Assembly: GCA_963843375.1 (NCBI GenBank)
Contig: CAWJKT010000014.1
Coordinates: forward strand, 178,416 to 242,415
Length of the DNA: 64,000 nt
From: an uncultured Pseudomonadota bacterium
GTDB taxonomy: Bacteria > Oederibacteriota > Muellerivitia > Muellerivitales > Muellerivitaceae
Direction of reading: 5' to 3'
The stretch's first letter is position 1; every line of letters begins with the position of its first letter. Made by a program: the position numbers and the translations under genes. Of the stretch, positions 1 through 10,146 are shown one piece after another. The notes beneath the pieces were generated by a model. That model had not been told where the DNA came from. It ran no database searches and worked only from the letters and a program-made list of their open reading frames with translations.

Positions 1-419
1 GGAAGGACAATGCGATCCGGAAGTGTCATAGTCATGATATCGATGACGGATAAAAGGATACAGAAAGCCCCCAGGCCCAAGGCCCAAACCAAGCGAAGGG
101 GATCGGTTTGAAAGTGCAAGAAAACAAAAGCGAAATATAATCCGGTGAAGGCTTCCACCGCCGGATATTGCCAGGAAATCGAATGGTCGCAATAGCGGCA
201 AGATCCCCTTAAAAGTAAATAACTCAGCAGCGGGATATTGTCCCACCATTTTAAAGGAGTTTTGCATTGCGGACAGCGAGAAGGCGGCGACAGAATGGAA
301 AGGTCCGCGGGAAACCTAAGGATGCAGACGTTTAAGAAGCTTCCGATGCACAAACCGATTAAGAAAAAGGCCGCCACCGGCAAGGTTTGAATGATGGATA
401 AACAGATGTTGGGGTCCAT
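1..419 (-). CDS. pilD: Prepilin peptidase / N-methyltransferase (peptidase A24), 5' part; runs off the window edge
   Basis: Manual translation from ATG 419 gives MDPNICLSIIQTLPVAAFFLIGLCIGSFLNVCILRFP...SRCPQCKTPLKWWDNIPLLSYLLLRGSCRYCDHSISWQYPAVE. It has the GSFLNV motif and two CxxC pairs typical of the A24 N-domain. Absent from the ORF track because it has no stop inside the window. Confidence 0.93.
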   Translation of the reverse strand, partial: MDPNICLSIIQTLPVAAFFLIGLCIGSFLNVCILRFPADLSILSPPSRCPQCKTPLKWWDNIPLLSYLLLRGSCRYCDHSISWQYPAVEAFTGLYFAFVFLHFQTDPLRLVWALGLGAFCILLSVIDIMTMTLPDRIVL

Positions 420-480
420 TGAGCTCTCGCGCGTTTAGGATTGAACTTTGGATCAATGATCTCTTTGGTTTTTGATCTTT

Positions 481-798
481 TTACTTGCGGCGGTCTTCGT
501 GCGGGGGGTGGGGGGATTGCCCCTTGCGCCGGTCCTTGGAATAGAGCACGAAATTGTTATTGATCTTGCGGTAAACATCCTTACTTTCGGCATCCCAATA
601 GAGGCCGTGGGTAATGGGTTTCAGGTGGATGGGCATGGCCTCGAATTTGGCGCGCCGGTCTTTGGCTACGGGCTGATGGCCTCGGCGGCGGTCATGGAGG
701 ACGAAAGTGAATTGGCTGCCTTGCTTTTTGAGGATGTGTTTTTTGACAGGATCAAAATAAAAGCTTCCGGTCAACTTGATATAGTTTGCTTCGGACAT
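481..798 (-). CDS. Small basic protein of two ~50-aa internal repeats, each ending in paired DRR motifs
   Basis: ORF 481..834, probable ATG at 798. Repeats are YFDPVKKHILKK...FVLHDRRRG...DRR and YWDAESKDVYRK...FVLYSKDRRKG...DRRK. Co-oriented just upstream of pilD. Confidence 0.7.
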   Translation of the reverse strand: MSEANYIKLTGSFYFDPVKKHILKKQGSQFTFVLHDRRRGHQPVAKDRRAKFEAMPIHLKPITHGLYWDAESKDVYRKINNNFVLYSKDRRKGQSPHPPHEDRRK

Positions 799-1061
799 GG
801 TTTCCTCCGGAAATCTCCCGCTATTGAAAAACATCCAGGTGCTTTCGTCAAGGCTTAGGACAGTCTTTCGCCCTGGTTATCTAGGGGTTTTAGGCATAAA
901 ACTAAAAAATCAGCGACAAATCGGTTTGAAAACCTGAAGAATTTACCAAAAGAAAAAGAAAGGAAGACGGAGATTCGCTGGTTTCGATTTTTTAATTTAG
1001 GTTGTTCTGAAATATCCGGATGTTATGGGTCGGCAGATGAAAGATAGGCCTTTTAAAAATC

Positions 1062-1454
1062 TCAGCTTTCGTCACTGGATGTGCCTGCTTCTTCGAGCCG
1101 GGTTTGCCAATATATGACTTCCTGTCGCTTGAAATTGATGAGCTGGTTGGCGTGCTGAATATCGGCGGGGGATTGCTGGGTTCCTTCCATAGAAGACAAG
1201 GCGACTTCGGCCTGGTTAACTTGGGAAGACAGGAAAGCGATTTTTTGCTGATGTTGAGATGATATTTCCTGGGTAGCTTTCGATTTTTGGATGGCGGCCT
1301 GGGCGGTGGCTTTGCTTTCCCGATCGACGGCGGCCACGAGTTGATCAATGGCTTGTAAAAAGGGTGCCGTGTCGCCATCGGCGGGTGAGGTGTTTTTCGT
1401 AGTAGAGGGTTGGAGGTCGGATAATAAAGTTGAGATTTGGTTTATGGAATCCAC
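1062..1454 (-). CDS. Hypothetical coiled-coil protein
   Basis: 130-aa ORF with GTG start after a GGAG-like RBS; Gln/Ala/Ser-rich helical composition. Confidence 0.6.
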   Translation of the reverse strand: MDSINQISTLLSDLQPSTTKNTSPADGDTAPFLQAIDQLVAAVDRESKATAQAAIQKSKATQEISSQHQQKIAFLSSQVNQAEVALSSMEGTQQSPADIQHANQLINFKRQEVIYWQTRLEEAGTSSDES

Positions 1455-1555
1455 GGCTTCTGCTCCTTCAACAAACCTAACGGCAGAAGTGTTCGATACT
1501 TTAGGAGGCTATTTTAGGGGAAATTTAAGGAAAAGACCGTTTTCCTTTTCGGGGG

Positions 1556-4360
1556 TCAGGGTGAATCTTCCAAGGCTAAAGAGGCGTTTGTGCCATCGTA
1601 TTTAAGGGACCGGGCTTGTTGGGGTTCAAAGGCAAAGCCGATAGGGTGCAGCTTAGAAACTAAAACCACTTGGAAGGTGCGTTTCTTCAGCATTTCCTTA
1701 AAAGAACCTTCCCTAATGCCCACTATCAAGGTTTTGGTGGCATCATTCCAATGGATGGGGATTTGCGAAGAAGCGCCTTTTTCGTAATCGTAAGTCAGTC
1801 CATCATCTTCATACAGGGTCAAGTCGCCATCGGCCCCTTCGTAAACGTAAAGAGTGATGGGATCCTGTGGTTTTTCGGCAATGTATTGGAGTTCAGGGCC
1901 GAAGGGAAGTATGGAGCCCGCCCGGACGAAGAGGGGAATGGAGTCGTAAGGAGCGTCGACTTTCTGTAATCCGGAAGGCATAGGCTTGCCCGTCCAGAAG
2001 TCATACCAGATAGTTTTTTTGGGCAAATAAACATTACGGCTTCTCGCTTTATATTGAGTTATTGGAGCCACTAATAAGGCCCGTCCGAACATATATTCAT
2101 CCGTAAGTTCTCTGGCAGTTTCGTCTTGGGGAAAATCCATGACCAAAGGTCGCATGAAGGTTCCGCCTTGGTTCGTGGCATTGGCGGCCAAGGAATATAG
2201 GTACGGGAACATCCGATACCGCAGACGGTCAAACTTGAGTTCGGCCTTGTAGGCATGGGAGGATTCGCCGCCAAGTGTCCACATTTCCCGGGGGCGCAGT
2301 TCGCCATGGACCCGCAAGAGCGGGCAGAAGGTTCCGAATTCGAACCAGCGGGTGTTCAACTCCCGCCATTCTTCCTCGTCCCGGGCTTTGGGATTTTTGG
2401 CTGAGAACTTGTTTTGCATGGTGTAGCCGGCGATATCGGATGACCAATAGGGCATGCCCGACAGGCTGAAATTGAGACCCGCGGGGATTTGTTTGGCTAA
2501 AACCGCCCAAGTGGAGGTGATATCGCCGGACCAGACGGAAGCCGCGTAACGCTGCTCACCGGAAAAAGCGGAACGAGTAAGAATGAAAACCCTCTGTCCA
2601 GGGGCGGAGGACCTTTGGCCCTCGTAAACCGCCTTGCTGTTCATCAGGGGATAGCCCAAGAGCATTCGCGAACCCGTGCCCATCGCCGTAGGGTTCATGT
2701 GGCTTTTCAGCGCTTCCAGGTTTGGCGGCGAGGGGGTCAGGTCGGGTTCGGTGGAATCCAGCCACCAGGCGTCGATCCCCTTTTTAAAAAGGTCCCGGTT
2801 GATCTGGTTCCAGAAGAGCGCGCGGGCGCCGGAATTGAAGGCGTCGTAGAAGGTGTAGGGAAAACCCAGCCAATCTTTCATGCCTTCCTTCAGGTTGGGC
2901 CCGAAAAGATAACCCTTTTCGTTCATGGATTTGAAGTTGTCCGTGCCGGTGTAGAACTTACTCCAGACTGAAATCATGACATGAGCGTGTCTGTCGTGGA
3001 GGGCTCTCACCCAGCCCTCGGGGTCAGGGAACCGGGATGGTTCAAAACGGTGGGAACCCCAGGTTCCATCGGCCCAGTAACGCCAGTCCTGTACGATGTT
3101 ATCAAAGGGAATGAGACGCTTGCGGAAGCCGTTCACCACATCCAAGCTTTGTTGGGCGGTCTCATAGCGCTGCCGGGACTGCCAAAGTCCGAAGGCCCAG
3201 GAGGGCATCAAGGGTGCCTGACCGGTGAGGAACCGGTATCCGCCCAGGACCTTGTCCAATTCGGGCCCGTAAATAAAGTAGTAATCCGTTCCGTCACCTA
3301 CTTCGGACCAAAGGGAGGTGTCGCCGGAGGAGGCGGGTGTTTTCCAGGTAAAACGAAAGGTCGTGCCTTGTTCCGTCTTCCATTCGATCTTAAGCGCGTA
3401 ACTTTTTCCGGCGGACAGTTTCACCTTGGCCCGATCATGGTCGGAAAGCCAGGCCTGCCGCCAGTGATCCATGACCAACCGGCCTTCCAGCCAGACTTTG
3501 ATTCCGCCGTTCGAATAGCAGTCCAATTGATAGTCGCCGCTTTCAGGAGCCTTGAGAAATCCTTTCCAGACCCTGCTGGAGGCATTCTGTTTTTCCTTAG
3601 CGGGTTTGTAGGCGATATTTAGGCTGGAATCCTGGGACGCCGGGGCGGAACCTTCCAGCGGACTAACGGTCAAACCTCCCGGCGAATGATCTTTGTCCAA
3701 CAGATACTCCGGGGGGATGGGGACAAAGTCCCTCAGATCCCCGAAACGGGTAAAGGAAGTGTTGTCCCAAAGGATGCCATAACCTTTACTGGAGACCAGG
3801 AAGGGAATGGCCGCATTGGTGTTGTGCTGCCACAAGTCCAGGTCATAGCCTTTCAAATCCAGCATTCCGAATTGGTTCTGGCCGAGTCCATAAAGGGATT
3901 CGTTGGGGTGGCTGAGCCATTGTTGGCGAATATGAAAAGTCTCTTCGCCCTGAACTTGGGCGGGTTCGATTTGGCGTTCCTCTTCCGTAAGAATCGAAAG
4001 CCCTTTGGTATCAAGGAAATGGACGTGGCCGGTGGAGCGGTCAATGAAGACGGTCAGATATTTTCCCTTGAGGTTCCACCCCTGAACAGTTGATTCCAAT
4101 GCGCATTCGATATTGGGAGTGGATTGGCCCACGATATCGATCGTCTTGCGATTGAAAAAATTACGGTCTTTGGCGAAAGCGACACGGACAATGTCATCGG
4201 AAAAAAACTGGACATTGAGAAAGCCGCCCGGAAATTCAACGATGGCGCCGTTTGGTTGTTTTTCGGCCTGTTCGGATGCTTGGCTTGAAACGGAGATGAA
4301 TCCGAGAGATAAAAGGATGAAGAGAAAAACGAACGATGCCTTATTTGAACTTTGACCCAA
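1556..4360 (-). CDS. Secreted GH31 alpha-xylosidase-like glycosidase with PA14 insert
   Basis: GH31 motifs WWLDSTEPD (nucleophile), WSGDI and WSSDIAGY. PA14-like insert (WKGFLKAPESGDY...GIKVWLEG). C-terminal LYEDDG domain. ORF is open to 4480; TTG at 4360, after an AAGGA RBS and before a signal peptide, is the likelier start. Confidence 0.9.
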   Translation of the reverse strand: MGQSSNKASFVFLFILLSLGFISVSSQASEQAEKQPNGAIVEFPGGFLNVQFFSDDIVRVAFAKDRNFFNRKTIDIVGQSTPNIECALESTVQGWNLKGKYLTVFIDRSTGHVHFLDTKGLSILTEEERQIEPAQVQGEETFHIRQQWLSHPNESLYGLGQNQFGMLDLKGYDLDLWQHNTNAAIPFLVSSKGYGILWDNTSFTRFGDLRDFVPIPPEYLLDKDHSPGGLTVSPLEGSAPASQDSSLNIAYKPAKEKQNASSRVWKGFLKAPESGDYQLDCYSNGGIKVWLEGRLVMDHWRQAWLSDHDRAKVKLSAGKSYALKIEWKTEQGTTFRFTWKTPASSGDTSLWSEVGDGTDYYFIYGPELDKVLGGYRFLTGQAPLMPSWAFGLWQSRQRYETAQQSLDVVNGFRKRLIPFDNIVQDWRYWADGTWGSHRFEPSRFPDPEGWVRALHDRHAHVMISVWSKFYTGTDNFKSMNEKGYLFGPNLKEGMKDWLGFPYTFYDAFNSGARALFWNQINRDLFKKGIDAWWLDSTEPDLTPSPPNLEALKSHMNPTAMGTGSRMLLGYPLMNSKAVYEGQRSSAPGQRVFILTRSAFSGEQRYAASVWSGDITSTWAVLAKQIPAGLNFSLSGMPYWSSDIAGYTMQNKFSAKNPKARDEEEWRELNTRWFEFGTFCPLLRVHGELRPREMWTLGGESSHAYKAELKFDRLRYRMFPYLYSLAANATNQGGTFMRPLVMDFPQDETARELTDEYMFGRALLVAPITQYKARSRNVYLPKKTIWYDFWTGKPMPSGLQKVDAPYDSIPLFVRAGSILPFGPELQYIAEKPQDPITLYVYEGADGDLTLYEDDGLTYDYEKGASSQIPIHWNDATKTLIVGIREGSFKEMLKKRTFQVVLVSKLHPIGFAFEPQQARSLKYDGTNASLALEDSP

Positions 4361-4573
4361 GTTTTCTTCCTTAGCCGCAACTTTTAAGATGTAGGGACGA
4401 TCTTTTATAGCGAAAAATATCCTGAGGCGCCACGAATCCTTTGGATGAAATACTTTGAAACTGGGGCAAGAATGTTTCAATTATTTGGGTGAAAGGGGGA
4501 ATTCCCCCGTGACCTTTTTCGGGATGGAGTTAATAATAGGCGCCTTCCCGATATCCCCTGTTTTGGAGGTTGG

Positions 4574-6691
4574 ATGCGATTCAGGAAAAAGTCTTGTGCT
4601 GCTCTTGTTGTCGTTTTATTGATTTGTTCTTTTTATCCAATGCATCCCATATTTGCCAAGGATTCCATGAAAACCTTTCATAACCCCATTATTTCCGGTT
4701 TCCATCCCGATCCGAGTATCGTGCGGGTAGGGGATGATTTTTACCTGACTAACTCCACCTTTGAGTATTTTCCAGGACTTCCTATCTACCATAGCCGGGA
4801 TCTTGTCCACTGGACCCTCATCGGCAATGCCCTGGATCGAGAGAGCCAGCTCCCCTTGAAAGGCGCCACTGATTATGGGGGGCTTTACGCCCCGACCATT
4901 CGCTATTGGAAGGGGCTTTTCTACCTGACCTGCAACAACGTTAGCGGCGGAAAAAACTTTATCGTCACCGCGAAGAACCCGGCGGGACCCTGGTCCGAAC
5001 CCATGTGGATGAACGATGACGAAATCGACGGGTCCATGTTTTTTGACGATGATGGAAAGGCTTATTACACCCGGCATGGGGATGGGGAAAAGGGGGGGAT
5101 CGCCCAAGCTGAGTTCGATTCGGCAACGGGAAAACTCACGACACTCATGAAGGTCATTTTTAACGACCTGAAGGAGTCCTGGAACGAAGGGCCCCACCTT
5201 TACAGGATGAAAGGCCGCTATTACCTGATGCTGGCGGAAGGCGGCACCGGCGACCAGCATATGGAGGTCATTCATCGTTCCGATTCGCCCTGGGGTCCCT
5301 GGGAACCATGTCCCTATAATCCCATTCTGACCGAAAGGGACGATCCCAAGAGCCCCATCCAATGCACGGGCCATGCCGACCTGATTGAGGCTCCCGATGG
5401 AACCTGGTGGATGGTCTTCCTGGGAGTCCGCCCTCAGAAGGGCAAATCGGTGCTGGGTCGGGAAACATTTCTGGCCCCCGTAAGCTGGACCTCCGATGGC
5501 TGGCCGGTAGTGAACGGGGACCATCATGTGGCGCTCGAAATGCCGGCGCCAGCCTTGCCGACCCAACCGTCGCTGAAGCCGACGACCCGTTGGGATTTCG
5601 CAATGATCAAAAAACTAGGTCCGGAATGGATTAGGGTCCGCAATGGGAACCCCGCAGACTTGTCTCTCGAAGCCCGGCTAGGCTGTTTGAGGATTCTTTG
5701 CGCGCAGGATTCCTTGAGCAATAAGCTGGAGGAACCCGCCTTCGTGGGCCAGCGCCAGAGGGATTTCCGGTTCATGGCGAGCACATCCATGGAATTCCGA
5801 CCCTCCCAAAATGGGGAGGAGGCGGGTCTTTGTGTACGGGCCAATGACAATAACCATTACGAAGTCGGGGTGGAATGGGTCGATGGGAAGACCCAAGTTT
5901 TCGTGCGCAATACAGTCAAGGGCCTGGCCTACACCCTGGACCACCGCCGCCTGGACCAGAGCCATGTGGGCTTAAGGATCTCAGGGGACGAGGACCAATA
6001 TCAGTTCGCCTGGTCCAAGGATGGAACCACATGGGAGACCCTGGGCGCGTCACCCTCGGAGGACCTTTCCCGGGAAATGGCGGGGGGCTTCACCGGGACG
6101 GTTATTGGGCTTTACGCTTCCTCCAACGGGAAGCCCTCTAAGGCCTTTGCCGATTTCGGGCGGTTCGGGATGGAGGATGGAAAAACTTTGGAACCGGCCG
6201 CCCTTTTGCCTAGGCCCACGCCCATACCCCTGACTCCCTCCGATGTTTGGCGGATCCGCTGCGGTGGAAGTTCTTGGACCGACCGGTCGGGACACAAGTG
6301 GAGCGAGGATATCGGCTGGACCAGCGGTGATACCGTTGGCACGGGAAGTCCCATTGACGCTCCTCAAGACCGCGAGCTTTACGCCACCGAGCGTTGGGGC
6401 GCTGAATTCAGTTACCGGTTACCCGTTCCGCCGGGCAAGTACCGGGTGACCCTCAAGTTCGCTGAATCCTACGTAAATCATCCGGGTGAAAGGGTTTTCG
6501 ACGTTCTGCTAAACGGCAACAAGGTGTTGGACCATTTCGACATCCTCAAAGAGGCCGGAGCCATGAACAAGGGAATCGACCGGACATTTTCGGAAATCAA
6601 AATGAACTCGCCGGGGATTATCGAGATTCGTTTCGTGGCTTCGGTCCAGAACGCTAAAGTCTGCGCCATTGAGATTGTCCCGCAGAAATAG
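4574..6691 (+). CDS. Secreted GH43 beta-xylosidase/arabinofuranosidase with C-terminal malectin-like domain
   Basis: NPIISGFHPDPSI, IDGSMF, NEGPHLY and GHADL beta-propeller motifs, then a ConA-like domain. Malectin signature LYATERWG...YRVTLKFAE...GERVFDVLLNG. Confidence 0.9.
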   Translation: MRFRKKSCAALVVVLLICSFYPMHPIFAKDSMKTFHNPIISGFHPDPSIVRVGDDFYLTNSTFEYFPGLPIYHSRDLVHWTLIGNALDRESQLPLKGATDYGGLYAPTIRYWKGLFYLTCNNVSGGKNFIVTAKNPAGPWSEPMWMNDDEIDGSMFFDDDGKAYYTRHGDGEKGGIAQAEFDSATGKLTTLMKVIFNDLKESWNEGPHLYRMKGRYYLMLAEGGTGDQHMEVIHRSDSPWGPWEPCPYNPILTERDDPKSPIQCTGHADLIEAPDGTWWMVFLGVRPQKGKSVLGRETFLAPVSWTSDGWPVVNGDHHVALEMPAPALPTQPSLKPTTRWDFAMIKKLGPEWIRVRNGNPADLSLEARLGCLRILCAQDSLSNKLEEPAFVGQRQRDFRFMASTSMEFRPSQNGEEAGLCVRANDNNHYEVGVEWVDGKTQVFVRNTVKGLAYTLDHRRLDQSHVGLRISGDEDQYQFAWSKDGTTWETLGASPSEDLSREMAGGFTGTVIGLYASSNGKPSKAFADFGRFGMEDGKTLEPAALLPRPTPIPLTPSDVWRIRCGGSSWTDRSGHKWSEDIGWTSGDTVGTGSPIDAPQDRELYATERWGAEFSYRLPVPPGKYRVTLKFAESYVNHPGERVFDVLLNGNKVLDHFDILKEAGAMNKGIDRTFSEIKMNSPGIIEIRFVASVQNAKVCAIEIVPQK

Positions 6692-6753
6692 AACGGAAGC
6701 CGGTAAGGCCCATCAGCCGCTGGCCGAGGAAATTAATAAAACCATGAGTCAAT

Positions 6754-9039
6754 ATGACGGTAAGAAAGGAATCCTCTTTGGAAAAGTCCCTCGGAATTTT
6801 CTCCTTCATGAAGAATAAACGACGCCTTTTTTACTTCCTGGCTTCCTGGCTTTGTGTCGGGAGTTCGGTTTGTGCCGATAACCTGAAGTGGGAATCGGCG
6901 GCCACGAGGGCCAAGGTGGACAAGAAGGTCGCGTTAGTGGAGAAGGAAATTGAGAAGGGTTCCTTCAAGGACGACTGGGACTCCCTCAAAAAATATCAGA
7001 TACCCGATTGGTACCAAGACGCCAAGTTCGGCATTTTTATGCATTGGGGCCTCTATTCGGTGCCGGGCTACGCCAACGAATGGTACTCCCGCAATATGTA
7101 CCAGCAGGGTGACGATGCCTTCAAATACCATGTGGCCACTTATGGCCCACAAAGCAAGTTCGGTTATAAGGACTTTGCGCCCCTTTTCACCGCCGAGAAA
7201 TTCGATCCCGCTCATTGGGCCCATATGTTCAAAGAAGCCGGGGCTCAGTATGTGATTCCCGTAGCCGAGCACCATGACGGATTCGCCATGTATGACTCAG
7301 ACTTTTCCCGTTGGACCGCCAAAAAGATGGGCCCCAAAAGGGACGTGATTGGGGAATTGGCAAAGGCCGTCCGGGCCGAGGGGCTGGTTTTCGGTTTGTC
7401 CTCACACCGCGCCGAGCATTGGTGGTTCATGAGCGGCGGCACCCAGTTTGATTCGGACGTCCAGGACCCCAAGTATGCCGATTTTTACGGCCCCGCCCGG
7501 AAGGACTACAGCGATCCGGATGATGAATATATGCGCAACTGGTTGGCCCGGTCCGCCGAGCTGGTGGATAAATACCGTCCGCAAGTCGTCTATTTCGACT
7601 GGTGGATCGGGGAAACTTCCGTCTTCGCGCCTTATTTGAAAAAATTTGCCGCCTATTATTACAACCGGGCCAAGGAATGGGGAGAAGGGGTGGTCTTGAA
7701 TACCAAAGACAAGGCTTTCGTCCCCGGTACGGCGGTGCAAGACGTGGAAAAGGGCAAGCTTCCCGGAATCAATCCCGTCGCCTGGCAGACCGACACCTCC
7801 ATCAGTTGGAGATCCTGGGCTTTCCTGAAGGATGACCAATTGAAGGATTCGGGATACCTTATCCGGACCCTCATTGACGCCGTCAGCAAGAACGGGAATC
7901 TCCTGTTGGATATCGGGCCGGCTCCGGATGGGACGATTCCCGAGGGCCAAGAGAAAGTCCTTTTGGAAATAGGGGATTGGCTAAAGGTGAACGGGGAGGC
8001 TATCTATGGCACCCGGCCCTGGATCGTCAGCGGGGAGGGTCCCACCCAGGAGGAAGGGGGCAAGTTCAGTGAAAAGGATCTGAAGTATCAGGAAGGGGAC
8101 GTGCGCTTCACCCGAAAGGGAAACTCGCTTTATGTTCTTTCTATGGTCCCTCCCACCAAGACGATTAAAATTGCTTTGCTAGGAAAAAAGTCGGCTCCGG
8201 GCGTCTTCATACAAGAAGTTTCCCTTCTTGGGTCGACTGAAAAGGTGAACTGGGAAAGGCAAGACGATGGGTTGAGACTTGCGCCTCCCATCCAAAAGGC
8301 TGACCTGCCCGTCGTTTACAAGGTGTTATTGGAGGGGGCCCAATGGGGCGATTTGAAAATGGAAACGGCTTCCACTGGTTTTAAAACGAAAGCGGTCATC
8401 CAGAATTACGGGGATAAAGAAACGGTGGAAGAGGCCAACCTGATGGTGAATGGGAAAAAAGTCTCTTCCCAATGGGTCACGGTCGAGGGGAAATCCACTT
8501 CCGTTTTTGAGACGCCATATGAAGCCCCGCAAGCGGGGGTCTATGAGGTTTCTTTAACTTCACCCGGCCAGGCGGCCTTATCCACCTATGCGACTCTTCC
8601 GGCGATAGACCTTTCCGGGGAATGGCTATTCCATGAAAAGGACGATCCCGCCTGGTCCAAGACGGATTTGGAGGATAGTTCCTGGGAAAAAGTTAATATT
8701 CCCGGCAAATGGGAGAGCCTTGGTTATCAATGCGAGAATTGTTACGGCTGGTACCGCAAGCATTTGCTGATTCCCGAGCAATGGAAAGGGCATTCGATTA
8801 TCCTGCCCTTAGGCAAGATCGACGACGCGGACATTTCCTATTTCAACGGGAAAGAGATTGGACGAATGGGGTCTTTTCCTCCGAAGTTTGAAACGGCATG
8901 GAATCAGGAGAGGCATTATGAGGTGCCCGGGGAATTGATTCACTATGGCAAGGATAATGTGGTCGCGATACGGGTTTATAACGGTCCGGGAGGGGCGGGT
9001 TTGTATGATGGACCTTTAAGTCCAATAGAAGTTAAATGA
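6754..9039 (+). CDS. Secreted GH29 alpha-L-fucosidase with extra C-terminal jelly-roll sugar-binding module
   Basis: WYQDAKFGIFMHWGLYSVP, EHHDGF, VYFDWW and VSKNGNLLLDIGP motifs. C-terminal module DLSGEW...GWYRKH...LGKIDDAD..YFNG. Alternative start ATG 6808. Confidence 0.92.
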   Translation: MTVRKESSLEKSLGIFSFMKNKRRLFYFLASWLCVGSSVCADNLKWESAATRAKVDKKVALVEKEIEKGSFKDDWDSLKKYQIPDWYQDAKFGIFMHWGLYSVPGYANEWYSRNMYQQGDDAFKYHVATYGPQSKFGYKDFAPLFTAEKFDPAHWAHMFKEAGAQYVIPVAEHHDGFAMYDSDFSRWTAKKMGPKRDVIGELAKAVRAEGLVFGLSSHRAEHWWFMSGGTQFDSDVQDPKYADFYGPARKDYSDPDDEYMRNWLARSAELVDKYRPQVVYFDWWIGETSVFAPYLKKFAAYYYNRAKEWGEGVVLNTKDKAFVPGTAVQDVEKGKLPGINPVAWQTDTSISWRSWAFLKDDQLKDSGYLIRTLIDAVSKNGNLLLDIGPAPDGTIPEGQEKVLLEIGDWLKVNGEAIYGTRPWIVSGEGPTQEEGGKFSEKDLKYQEGDVRFTRKGNSLYVLSMVPPTKTIKIALLGKKSAPGVFIQEVSLLGSTEKVNWERQDDGLRLAPPIQKADLPVVYKVLLEGAQWGDLKMETASTGFKTKAVIQNYGDKETVEEANLMVNGKKVSSQWVTVEGKSTSVFETPYEAPQAGVYEVSLTSPGQAALSTYATLPAIDLSGEWLFHEKDDPAWSKTDLEDSSWEKVNIPGKWESLGYQCENCYGWYRKHLLIPEQWKGHSIILPLGKIDDADISYFNGKEIGRMGSFPPKFETAWNQERHYEVPGELIHYGKDNVVAIRVYNGPGGAGLYDGPLSPIEVK

Positions 9040-9081
9040 GGTTTTATTGAATTCATAACGGATAAACCCAAGGGAGATGAA

Positions 9082-10125
9082 ATGAAAAACTTGAAATCGT
9101 CCATCCTTTTGCTTTTGGCCGTTGGGTATTTAATGGGGTGTGCCGGCAACCCGCAGGAAAAATATCCCATCAAAATCGGTCTTTCCATGGATACCCTCCG
9201 GGCGGCCCGATGGGCTCATGACCGGGACATTTTCACCCAGAAATGCAACGAGCAGGGTGTAGGGGTCCTGGTGCAATCGGCGGATTCCAACGATGCCCTT
9301 CAAAATTCCCAGGCGGAAAATCTCCTGACCCAGGGCATCAAGTGCATAGTGGTCATTCCCCATAATGCCAAAAGCTCCGCCACCATCGTGGAGTCGGCTC
9401 ACAAGATGGGCGTGCCCGTTCTTTCCTACGACCGCTTAATCCTCGACAGTGACGTGGACGCCTATGTTTCCTTTGACAACATCAAAGTGGGCGAACTCCA
9501 AGCCTCAACGTTGGTGAAGATGAAACCCGCCGGTAATTACGTGCTCATGGGAGGCGCACCAACGGATTACAACGCCATCCTTTTCCGCAAAGGCCAGATG
9601 AACGTTTTGGATCCCTTGGTAAAAAAAGGCGACATCAAGATCGTCGGCGACCAATGGGCTGACGATTGGCTGGCGGTGAACGCGCTGAAGAAGATGGAGA
9701 ATATCCTGACCAAGAACGACAACAAGGTGGACGCGGTAGTGGATTCCTATGACGGGACAGCTGGCGGGGACATCCAGGCTTTGACCGAACAGGGACTGGC
9801 GGGTAAAGTCCTGGTATCGGGGCAGGACGCGGAACTGGCGGGCTGTCAGCGCATTATCGCGGGTACCCAAACCATGACCGTCTATAAACCGGTGAAGTTC
9901 CTAGCGGCCAAAGCTGCGGATATCGCGGTGGCGCTGGCCAAGGGCCTGCCGTTGCCCCCTACCGATAAGATGACCAATAATGACAAGAGGGACGTTCCCA
10001 GCTATTTCCTGGACCCCATCCCAGTCACCAAAGACAATTTGGTTAGTACCGTCATCGCAGACGGTTTCCAGAAAATGGAAGAAGTCTACAAGGGTGTCCC
10101 AAAGGACCAATGGCCCCAAAGATGA
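9082..10125 (+). CDS. xylF: D-xylose ABC transporter substrate-binding lipoprotein
   Basis: Lipobox LMGC. KIGLSMDTLR..RW..DRDIF, YDRLI, GGAPTDYNA, SGQDAELA and QTMTVYKP are XylF-type motifs. Confidence 0.85.
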   Translation: MKNLKSSILLLLAVGYLMGCAGNPQEKYPIKIGLSMDTLRAARWAHDRDIFTQKCNEQGVGVLVQSADSNDALQNSQAENLLTQGIKCIVVIPHNAKSSATIVESAHKMGVPVLSYDRLILDSDVDAYVSFDNIKVGELQASTLVKMKPAGNYVLMGGAPTDYNAILFRKGQMNVLDPLVKKGDIKIVGDQWADDWLAVNALKKMENILTKNDNKVDAVVDSYDGTAGGDIQALTEQGLAGKVLVSGQDAELAGCQRIIAGTQTMTVYKPVKFLAAKAADIAVALAKGLPLPPTDKMTNNDKRDVPSYFLDPIPVTKDNLVSTVIADGFQKMEEVYKGVPKDQWPQR

Positions 10126-10146
10126 AAACTTTATAAAAGGATAATT

